NCBI GenBank assembly: GCA_002491195.1
Contig: DKVL01000011.1
Coordinates: 7,254 to 71,253 of the forward strand
DNA from: Lachnospiraceae bacterium UBA7179
Lineage (GTDB): Bacteria > Bacillota > Clostridia > Lachnospirales > Lachnospiraceae
DNA length: 64,000 nucleotides
Direction: 5' to 3'
The position numbers and the translations under genes were made by a program. Below the pieces are notes generated by a model that did not search any database, was not told the DNA's origin, and saw only the letters and a list, made by a program, of their open reading frames with translations. Below are positions 29,832 through 38,244 of this stretch, piece by piece (position 1 is the stretch's first letter; the number at the start of each line of letters is the position of its first letter).

Positions 29832-32591
29832 ATGATAAACAAAAACAATAAAATCCAAATACCTAATGTTGACAAAGGATATACCAAACGCACAGCGGAT
29901 GTACTTCTTGCCTCACTGCAGGAGGATATCATCCTGCTCAACGCCGGCGCCGGTTACGGAAAAACGCAGATTCTTGCTAATTATGTATCCCATTTTCCCG
30001 GAAAAAGCGCATGGTACAGCATTGATGGCACGGATAACGATCTGATGTCCTTTATCCGTAACTTTACGAGATCGGTCCAGTACGCGTTAGATATCCCCGG
30101 CGGTGATTTCAATATCTCCCTCCCCTTTTTGAAGAACATTGACATTTTAATAGAACAGTTAGTCATATGGCTGGACAGTCGGATTGACTTTTTGAACGTG
30201 ATTCTTGACGATTTCCAGGAGATCAGCAATCCTGATATTTTCAATTTATTAGATATTCTGATCGAGACCATGGACAAGAAAATCCGCCTGTTTATTGTCG
30301 AGAAGCGCTCTCTTCCTGTTTTTCTGGAGAAATATGTCCAGAGCGGACAGGCCTTCTGCATCGGTACAGATGATCTGAAATTCAGTCCGCCGGAAATTGC
30401 CGGATTGCTCGAACAGGTTGGCGAACATTCTGAACAATGGACTACACTGATCTATGACTGCACGGAAGGATGGCCTGTGGGAATCGCCCAGATTATGCTC
30501 CAGCTGCACCAGCAGAAAAGAAACGCCACCTTCGAGGACCTAAAGAAAATCTGTGACAACCTGGAAGTCTCCGACTACTTTATGACGCGGGTATACAAGA
30601 CTCTGCCTTTTGATATCCAGACATTTTTGACCAAAACTGCCGTGTTGGATTACATGACGCCTTCGATCTGCAACAAAGTCACTGGTATCCACAATTCAGA
30701 AAGTATGCTGCGCTATCTTGTAAATGAGAAACTCTTTGTCCAGACATTAGGCGAAGTCAACAGTCTGTATCGATATCATTCCATCTTTCAGCACTTTTTG
30801 CTTGCACAGACCACCTTTGAAGAACAACAGGACGCCCTTCGGACTGCCTCCTGCTTTCTTCTGAAGACAAGCGACAAGATTCAGGCTGCAGAATATGCCT
30901 GCCGTGGAAAAGCTGCAGACATTGTCCAGACTGTGATCGAGGTCTCCGGCGATTCCATGTTAGATGACAGACTCTACGGCACTTTAGAGCGCTGGTTTGC
31001 GTTCCTTGACGCGCAGCACTATACTCTGAGCGCCAGGAGCAGATTTATCTATGGAAAATATCTGATGGCCGTCGGGCAGCCCCATGAGGCAAACCAGCAG
31101 ATCACGCAGGCAGAAAAAGAATTTTTGGAAGCCGGCCACCTGCAGGATTACAAAAAAGTCCTGCTGTTTATCGCAGCGACCAGGCGAAAAGAAGGCGACC
31201 TGATAACAGCTGATCAATATTTGACACAGGCCGAAGCAGAACAGGAAACAGTGTGGAACGATCTCACGAGAGAGATCTGTACGGAACACATTAAGCTAAA
31301 ATGCTGCCTTCACCAACTGGAAAGCGCTGCCAAAATGCTCTCCGAATATATCAGTCAGGGGTTCTTACTGCAGCAAAGTCCTTTTTTATCTGCGGCATGG
31401 AACATTTTTGTGATGTTTAAAAATCAGACAACAGAGTTTCACCAGACAGAAAATCTATTGTCACTTTATGATGTGCCGATCGGGCATATACCAGAGGGAT
31501 TCCTTCTGCGAAACTGCATTCTCGCAGAACATATGAAAGCTGCGTTCGCAGCCGGCAGTCAAACCGTTGCAGAACAAGCGGCCATGAGCATTATACAGGG
31601 TTCCGAGTACGATACCCTGCAGACTGCTGCCGCATGGGAAATTCTTGCCATTTTATCATGGAACAGGGGAGATTACCGGAAAGCTGTGGAGCAGTCCCGG
31701 ACAGGCAATACGTTTTTATCCAAAAACCATATATGGAACTTAGGTTTTACGCCAAAACAGCAGCAGATTTTAAATAAAATTAATTCTGTTCACCGAAATG
31801 TTAACGATATTCGCTGCCTCCATCTCATTTCCCAGGAAACACAAAATCCTGAAACAGAGCAAAAAAACTCTGAAAAAATCAGGGTTCAATGCATGGATTG
31901 TTTCCATGTGTTTCTCCCAAATTCGGAGGGACAAGAAGTAAAATGGAGGACAAAGAAGGCGCAGGAGCTGTTTGCCTATCTGTTCCATCTGCAGGGAAGA
32001 GGCGCCTCCAAGGATGTTTTAATTGAACTCTTGTGGCCGGAATCAGAGGCCAAAAACGCGATTGCGCTGTTTCACACCACCCTGTACAGTATTCGTCAGG
32101 TCTTCTCCCAGGAAGGACTCGAAGATCTGATCGCCTATGAAAAGAAAAAATATTTCCTTAAGATGCAGCTGGTAGACTCCGACTTAGAGGAGCTGACTTC
32201 TTATTTTAATGACCAAAAAGCATGTGAGGAGGAACCTAAGCGTATCATGCGGCTTTATCCCGGAAGCTATATGGGAAACAGCGGCTATCTCTGGTCGTAT
32301 GGAATGGCAAAGGAACTGGAAAATGAATATTTCAAGGTGCTGCAGTCCGGCGCTGCCAAAAGGATCCAGCAAAAACGGCCAGATGCTGCGGTTCCATTTC
32401 TCCAAAGGATCATTGAGGCTGATCCCTACAATGAAGAGATCGCATCCCAGCTCATTGTCTGCCTGTATCAAAGCGGCAGACAGTCGGACGCCAAACACCA
32501 ATATGACCAGATGCAGAAGCTGTACCGCGAAGATTTGGAACTGGATTTTACAAGGACGCTCAAAGATATCTTAAAAACCGTCGCAAAATAA
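29832..32591 (+). CDS. MalT-like STAND NTPase / TPR / wHTH-BTAD (SARP-type) transcriptional regulator
   Basis: AGAGYGKT Walker A, ILDDFQ Walker B, TEGWPVG, YRYH.IF, WRTKKAQELFAYL, LWP, DPYNE. Confidence 0.9.
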   Translation: MINKNNKIQIPNVDKGYTKRTADVLLASLQEDIILLNAGAGYGKTQILANYVSHFPGKSAWYSIDGTDNDLMSFIRNFTRSVQYALDIPGGDFNISLPFLKNIDILIEQLVIWLDSRIDFLNVILDDFQEISNPDIFNLLDILIETMDKKIRLFIVEKRSLPVFLEKYVQSGQAFCIGTDDLKFSPPEIAGLLEQVGEHSEQWTTLIYDCTEGWPVGIAQIMLQLHQQKRNATFEDLKKICDNLEVSDYFMTRVYKTLPFDIQTFLTKTAVLDYMTPSICNKVTGIHNSESMLRYLVNEKLFVQTLGEVNSLYRYHSIFQHFLLAQTTFEEQQDALRTASCFLLKTSDKIQAAEYACRGKAADIVQTVIEVSGDSMLDDRLYGTLERWFAFLDAQHYTLSARSRFIYGKYLMAVGQPHEANQQITQAEKEFLEAGHLQDYKKVLLFIAATRRKEGDLITADQYLTQAEAEQETVWNDLTREICTEHIKLKCCLHQLESAAKMLSEYISQGFLLQQSPFLSAAWNIFVMFKNQTTEFHQTENLLSLYDVPIGHIPEGFLLRNCILAEHMKAAFAAGSQTVAEQAAMSIIQGSEYDTLQTAAAWEILAILSWNRGDYRKAVEQSRTGNTFLSKNHIWNLGFTPKQQQILNKINSVHRNVNDIRCLHLISQETQNPETEQKNSEKIRVQCMDCFHVFLPNSEGQEVKWRTKKAQELFAYLFHLQGRGASKDVLIELLWPESEAKNAIALFHTTLYSIRQVFSQEGLEDLIAYEKKKYFLKMQLVDSDLEELTSYFNDQKACEEEPKRIMRLYPGSYMGNSGYLWSYGMAKELENEYFKVLQSGAAKRIQQKRPDAAVPFLQRIIEADPYNEEIASQLIVCLYQSGRQSDAKHQYDQMQKLYREDLELDFTRTLKDILKTVAK

Positions 32592-32640
32592 ACGATATTT
32601 ATGAGTTCAGAAAAGTGTCCGCACATATAAAGGAGCATTT

Positions 32641-34554
32641 ATGAATCAATATTGCAATTATCAGGAATTTGTGGAGGACTTGATCGCATGGGGTGATTGT
32701 GTGTCCGAACAACATTTGGAAAATCACCCTAAAAACTCCTTTTTTCCTCTTCTGCAAAAAGCCATACAAAGTGCCGGTCAAGATGTCTTTTCACCGTTTC
32801 TATATATTGCCCTCTCTGCGCGTTTAGAGCAGGAAGATATGCTGCTTCTTGCTGCCGCTTTCTATGCAGGGCTAAATGGAGATGTTCTTACACTGGCCTC
32901 CTGGAGACTTTTTCTGATGTATGAAGAAATGGATCTTTCAGATATGGAATTGTTTTATCAATCTGCCCCTCTGCTCTTTGAGCGCAGACAGGACACAGAA
33001 TACACAGACATTTATCTGCAGATCGCACCGCAGGTTCTTCTCTTTTTGCAGGGAATCTGCCTGGAAAGAAAGCAGCTTTCTGGCATGTACTGGTACTATG
33101 ACTCTGAGAAACAGCTTCCTTTCCTTGGAAAAAATATTCATATATACCAGAAGATCCATGCCTGCCTTTCCAGTGTTCCAGGCAAAAAGCTGGTCTATCT
33201 GCAAGGAGAAAAGGGAAGCGGTCGCAAACTGAACTATGCCTGTCTCGCTGCCATGTCCCACATGAAACTTGCTGTGATCTCCTATGAAAAACTGCAGTCA
33301 AAAGAGCAGCTGCGGGAAATGCAGCTCGAATGTCTGCTGCAGCATTCCATGTTTGTCATCGAGCTGCCAGAACAGGAAACGGAGCTAACACTTCTATTTC
33401 AATGGCTTGAGCAGGAGGAGACCGTTTTCCTTCTAGGTACAAAGCCAACGCTTCACGAGGGCACCGCTTTTTCCAGGCAATACCTTCCATTTTCGATCTG
33501 TTCCAAACAGGTATTGGGGGACAAAGAATTATATGAGCAATTGACACAGGCTTATCCATGGGAATGTGAGGATATACGAACAGGTTTTCTGAACCGTTAC
33601 AATTTCCTTCCAGGCAGAATGCGCGATATTCTGGAGCTTGCCAAGGCCTATGCACTCAGCCAGGGCACCGGATCCATCACCAGCGAATACCTGCGCAGCG
33701 CTATTCTGGGCGTCTCCTCCCACTCCCTGGACCAATATGCAACAAAGATTGAGGGACTTTACCAGATGCATGACCTGATCCTTCCCGACGCTCCCAAGCT
33801 GCAGCTATCACACATTATCAACCGGGTGCGCAATCGAAAGCTAATCTATGAGACATGGGGATTTCTGGAGAAATCCGCCTATGGCAACGGCACTGCCATG
33901 ATCTTTGCAGGACCGCCCGGCACCGGAAAGACAATGGCTGCACAGGTAATGGCTGCGGAGCTTGGCATGGAACTCTATCGGATCGAACTTCCCGCCGTCG
34001 TGGACAAATACATCGGTGAGACGGAAAAAAAACTAAACCGCATCTTCGACGAGGCGGAAAAAAGCATGGCAATCCTCTTTTTTGACGAGGCAGATGTATT
34101 GTTTTCAAAGCGTACAGAAGTCAAGGAATCCAATGACAAATACAGCAATATGGAAATCGCTTTCTTACTGCAGAAAATGGAAGAATATGACGGCGTAAGC
34201 ATTCTGGCAACCAACTATCTGCAGAATTTCGACAACGCTTTCCGCCGCCGTGTCAGCGACATTATCAGTTTTCCGATGCCCGATGCCGACATGCGCCTGC
34301 AGATGTGGCAGTCCATGATTCCCTCAAGGCTTCCGGTGTCTGACGAAATCGATTTTCGCTTTCTGGCAAAGCACTTTGAACTCTCAGGCAGCATGATCAA
34401 AAATACATTGATCTACGCCAGTTTTCTGGCCGCAGAAAACGACAGACCACTCCTTACTATGGAGCAAATACTGAAAGGACTAAGTCATGAACTGGAAAAG
34501 AGCGGCAAAAAACTCAGTCGTGACGAATATGGAGAATATGGGTATTTATTTTGA
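32641..34554 (+). CDS. AAA+ ATPase (Afp15/Pvc15-like CIS ATPase)
   Basis: YG.G...FAGPPGTGKTMAA, VDKYIGETEK.L, LFFDEAD.LF.KR.EV...D.Y.N.E..FLLQ.ME. Confidence 0.93.
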   Translation: MNQYCNYQEFVEDLIAWGDCVSEQHLENHPKNSFFPLLQKAIQSAGQDVFSPFLYIALSARLEQEDMLLLAAAFYAGLNGDVLTLASWRLFLMYEEMDLSDMELFYQSAPLLFERRQDTEYTDIYLQIAPQVLLFLQGICLERKQLSGMYWYYDSEKQLPFLGKNIHIYQKIHACLSSVPGKKLVYLQGEKGSGRKLNYACLAAMSHMKLAVISYEKLQSKEQLREMQLECLLQHSMFVIELPEQETELTLLFQWLEQEETVFLLGTKPTLHEGTAFSRQYLPFSICSKQVLGDKELYEQLTQAYPWECEDIRTGFLNRYNFLPGRMRDILELAKAYALSQGTGSITSEYLRSAILGVSSHSLDQYATKIEGLYQMHDLILPDAPKLQLSHIINRVRNRKLIYETWGFLEKSAYGNGTAMIFAGPPGTGKTMAAQVMAAELGMELYRIELPAVVDKYIGETEKKLNRIFDEAEKSMAILFFDEADVLFSKRTEVKESNDKYSNMEIAFLLQKMEEYDGVSILATNYLQNFDNAFRRRVSDIISFPMPDADMRLQMWQSMIPSRLPVSDEIDFRFLAKHFELSGSMIKNTLIYASFLAAENDRPLLTMEQILKGLSHELEKSGKKLSRDEYGEYGYLF

Positions 34555-35359
34555 AGAACGCAAAAAAACGCGCTGGGATTCCGGGCAGGCAGTCCTGCAC
34601 AAAGAAACTGTAACAAACCAGAAGGAAAGAGATTCGCAAATAAAAAATTCCTATGGCACGCTCCGCTATCTCAAAAAAGAGAAGAAAAAAGGCGGCCGGG
34701 AAGGCTTTGCGGTGGAAGCATTTGAAGCGCCTGGCACTCCGATCCACACAGAAAAAGAAAAACATCTGAACAGGCGGACCATGAAGAAGATCCGGCAGAA
34801 CGACAAACAGGCCCTGTTCGCCTCAGAGACTCCGCTTCGCGACCAGGCGCTGTTTTTCGATATGAAAGGCGGCAAAAAGAGTGCTGATCTCATCGATTAT
34901 ATGAAAGAACTTCTTCAAAGACAGGGACACCAGACATTAGAAGATACATTCGGTTTCTTAGACCAGGAACCTGAGCGCATGGAATTGGAAGCCCTGAAAT
35001 CAGAAGCGAAAGAGTCCCTGACACCGGAAGAAAACGAGTTAGACCAGCAGTTTCTCCCGCAAGAAAGGCCGGACGCTGCCAGGAAACGCATGGACTCCTT
35101 AAACAGCCGTCTCCTCAGAAAAGAAGCCAAAGAGCGCCAGCTTCGCAACGAACTGCAACTCATGTTAGACCAGCGTGCACGGGAAGAATTTCTGGACGAG
35201 CATCAAAACCTCTCTCAAAACGAGCAGGAATCACCACAGAAAGAAAAAACGAAAAACGGAAGCGGCGATTCCCCGCAAAGACGCCTGTTTACTGATCCGG
35301 AACTGTCCGAAGCAGCTTCGGAGGGGGAAGAGGATACGTCTCCTGATGAATCCGAGTAG
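34538..35359 (+). CDS. Charged coiled-coil hypothetical protein overlapping the ATPase stop
   Basis: ORF 34487-35359; likely start MGIYFEE after GGAG; acidic disordered C-terminus. Confidence 0.6.
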   Translation: MGIYFEERKKTRWDSGQAVLHKETVTNQKERDSQIKNSYGTLRYLKKEKKKGGREGFAVEAFEAPGTPIHTEKEKHLNRRTMKKIRQNDKQALFASETPLRDQALFFDMKGGKKSADLIDYMKELLQRQGHQTLEDTFGFLDQEPERMELEALKSEAKESLTPEENELDQQFLPQERPDAARKRMDSLNSRLLRKEAKERQLRNELQLMLDQRAREEFLDEHQNLSQNEQESPQKEKTKNGSGDSPQRRLFTDPELSEAASEGEEDTSPDESE

Positions 35360-35374
35360 GGAAAGATTTCCCTA

Positions 35375-37348
35375 CTATCTTGACTCCCCCTTAAAAATCA
35401 AAATTAAAATATTACAGCCATTGCTATATTCATAGTGGACCTGATCTGCCATGTCAAAGGCAAGCAGTCTCCCCAGGCCCCCAACCTGCGTATCCATATC
35501 ATAGTTCTCCACATCCACCATATTCTCCAGCGGATTAAATGCCTTTCCTCTGTCACGGAATTCCACAAGGATCTGATCCGATATCCTCATAAAGATCTCC
35601 ACCTTGCCCTTCTCCTGCCCAGAAGCATTTTCAGAGCCAGCCTTTTCATAACCATAGGAACAGATATTAACGAAGATTTCCTCCACTGCCAGACAGAGCT
35701 TCTTCCGCAAACTGCGCGAAAACTGCCCATTTTCAACAATAAACCGCTGAACTACATCCAGGTTCTCCAGTTCTGCTGTGACACAGAGTCGAAAGCCCGG
35801 CAAAGGGCTGAATGCAAGCATGGTGATATCATCGCTCTGCGGCGTGTCCTGCGCAAACTCCTTCACCCCTTCCAGAACAGCAGCCACACACTGCTCCCGG
35901 TCTCTTCGCTCCAGGATCTGCTCCAATCGGTCCAGTCCAAAAAATGTCCCGTCCCTGCCGACAGCCTCGCTCACACCGTCCGTGTATAAAAATACTGCAT
36001 CGCCCTCCTTCAATTTCACTTCTCTCTCCCCGTAAACCTCATCCTCAAAAATTCCGATTGCCATTCCCTTGGAATCCTCTAATTTTTTCAAGCGATCAGA
36101 GATGAGATACGGCGGATTGTGTCCTGCATTGGCATAGGTAAACCTTCGCGTGCGGCTATCATAAATCCCCACAAACAAGGTCAAAAACATCTGCTCTGGA
36201 TTGCTGCAGCACAGCGTATTATTGGTATAAAACAGTATTTCTGACGGAGAGTACCCCAGTTTCGCATACTGCCTTACCACTGTGACTGCGCTTGCCATAA
36301 ATAATGCAGCCGAAATTCCCTTCCCAGATACGTCTGCAATCACTGTACAGAACAAGTCGTCATCCAGACAAAAGTAATCATAAAAATCCCCGCCAACATC
36401 CTGTGCTGGAATCATCACAGCCTTTGATTTGATACCCTGTGCCTGAAAGCTTTCGCCAGGAAGAAGACCTTTCTGAATCTTTCCCGCAATGTTCATCTCA
36501 GCCTCCCGGCGATGTTTTTCTTCGGTCAGTACATTGATATTTTTGATGTAGCGGTCGATCTCCTCTGTCATCTGATAAAAGGTATCCGCCATCTGAGCAA
36601 ACTCATCCTCCCCCTTTATCTCGATTTTCTGAAAATTGGACTGCCTGTCAGTCGCAAACTGCCTCATCTGTGTACTGATCAGCCTTGCCGGCTTCAACAC
36701 CCGCGTTTTCAAGAGAACTGCCAATATGACCAGAATAAACACAAACGAGACAATCACTGCCGCTACCATGATCCGATACCGGTGCAAAAAGCTCGCAATC
36801 GCCTCGTCCATGGACACATCTGCCGCTGCCAGAGCCATCACCTTTCCGTTCGCATCATGCACTGCACTGTATGCCGTCATCACATGCCCGTATTTGTTGT
36901 CTGTCTCCTCTACATTTTCTGTCTGCTGTCCATTCCACACACAGACTTCTGTCTCTGTCAGCACATACGGCACAACTGTCCCTGGAACCCGCTCTGCCCG
37001 CGCGGAATCCTGGCTGTTGTTCCCATAGATCACCATGTCAAACAGGATCGTATCATTCTCAATGTCCGGCGTATAAATATATAAATATTCCAGATCGTTT
37101 GTCCTGCAGAGATCCTCCAGGACAGGTCTGTACTCGTCCGCATATTGTTCATCTGTCCGAAGCCTTTCCAGATCGGCCCCAGCCAACAGATCTGCTGCCA
37201 CCGTCGACGCCGCCGTAGCATAGAAAACATATGCTCTGCGCACCATTGTCTGGACCGAAGAAAACCCAAGTACCAGCAGACCAACATCTGTAATAAGCAA
37301 AACAACCGCTATGGTAACGAGTATTTTCGTAAAAATTGATTTTTTCAA
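35375..37348 (-). CDS. Membrane HAMP + PP2C/SpoIIE phosphatase + anti-sigma (HATPase_c-like) fusion
   Basis: VGGDFYD, IADVSGKG, NAGHNPP, LYTDGV.EA, DDIT; AVEEIFVNI..Y, GGLG. Confidence 0.92.
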   Translation of the reverse strand: MKKSIFTKILVTIAVVLLITDVGLLVLGFSSVQTMVRRAYVFYATAASTVAADLLAGADLERLRTDEQYADEYRPVLEDLCRTNDLEYLYIYTPDIENDTILFDMVIYGNNSQDSARAERVPGTVVPYVLTETEVCVWNGQQTENVEETDNKYGHVMTAYSAVHDANGKVMALAAADVSMDEAIASFLHRYRIMVAAVIVSFVFILVILAVLLKTRVLKPARLISTQMRQFATDRQSNFQKIEIKGEDEFAQMADTFYQMTEEIDRYIKNINVLTEEKHRREAEMNIAGKIQKGLLPGESFQAQGIKSKAVMIPAQDVGGDFYDYFCLDDDLFCTVIADVSGKGISAALFMASAVTVVRQYAKLGYSPSEILFYTNNTLCCSNPEQMFLTLFVGIYDSRTRRFTYANAGHNPPYLISDRLKKLEDSKGMAIGIFEDEVYGEREVKLKEGDAVFLYTDGVSEAVGRDGTFFGLDRLEQILERRDREQCVAAVLEGVKEFAQDTPQSDDITMLAFSPLPGFRLCVTAELENLDVVQRFIVENGQFSRSLRKKLCLAVEEIFVNICSYGYEKAGSENASGQEKGKVEIFMRISDQILVEFRDRGKAFNPLENMVDVENYDMDTQVGGLGRLLAFDMADQVHYEYSNGCNILILIFKGESR

Positions 37349-38010
37349 GTCTTATCCTCCTTGGTTTTCCTGTATTTTATATATGTCATACAATCGGTGA
37401 ACTCCGTCTCCTCCGCGCACACTGACACCCTATACCCCGGAATACTGTATTCCCTTATATGACAGGAAAGCATTTCTTCCCCCCGGCGCACCCGGATCTG
37501 CTCTCCCGCTGGCAAAATTGCAAAATCCTGCAGGGAAAGATACGCTCCTTCCCCGGTCATTTTCATATAGCTCTCCTTCCATGTCCAGAGACGGAAAAAC
37601 ATCTCATTGCGCTCCTCCCTCTGAAACTTTTGTAAATACGCTGCTTCCTGTTGGTGGAAAAAGCGCTGCGCTACTCCCTCCGGTTCCTGATCGATCTTTT
37701 CAATATCACAACCCACGGCTTTCCCGCTCACTGCACAGATCACCCAGTCTCCAGAGTGGGAAATATTAAAATGTACCTTCTCGGCCTTTGGCTTTCCCAT
37801 AGGTCCCAGCGTAATCCTCTCAGGATTTTCCCCATAGAGCGGCAGGATCCGTGCCAGCAGAATCCCCGCCCCCAGACATCTTCTCCTGTCATCCGCCTGC
37901 AGATATTCCATAACTTTGCTTCTTCGGCTGCTGCTGATATCCTGAAGAACTGCCGGGCGATCTCTGGCATCTGGCAGTTCTTTGATATTGATTGCATATA
38001 CATTTACCAT
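37345..38010 (-). CDS. Sfp-type 4'-phosphopantetheinyl transferase
   Basis: GKP....FNISHSG, VGCDIE, F.LWT.KESY.K..G.G. Confidence 0.93.
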   Translation of the reverse strand: MVNVYAINIKELPDARDRPAVLQDISSSRRSKVMEYLQADDRRRCLGAGILLARILPLYGENPERITLGPMGKPKAEKVHFNISHSGDWVICAVSGKAVGCDIEKIDQEPEGVAQRFFHQQEAAYLQKFQREERNEMFFRLWTWKESYMKMTGEGAYLSLQDFAILPAGEQIRVRRGEEMLSCHIREYSIPGYRVSVCAEETEFTDCMTYIKYRKTKEDKT

Positions 38011-38244
38011 ATGTTATTCTTTCTCAATTTTGTTGTATTTCTTAATATTTGTTTTTTATATTCTAATTGAATTTCTACAAGACTTCAATGAAATTTCAGC
38101 AAACTGTCGCAATTCGCACTTTTTCGGGAATACTTTGCACGCCAGACAACCTTGTACAATCCTGCACATTATAATAATATAAATAAGAAAGCACTAACAT
38201 CCAAGTTCAAAATCTCAAAAAATGACAAAAGAAAGGAAAAAATA

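Noticed and set aside
4752-34554. Canonical T6SS
   Set aside because: No TssJ/L/M, TssA/K or ClpV; sheath and tube are eCIS/phage type.
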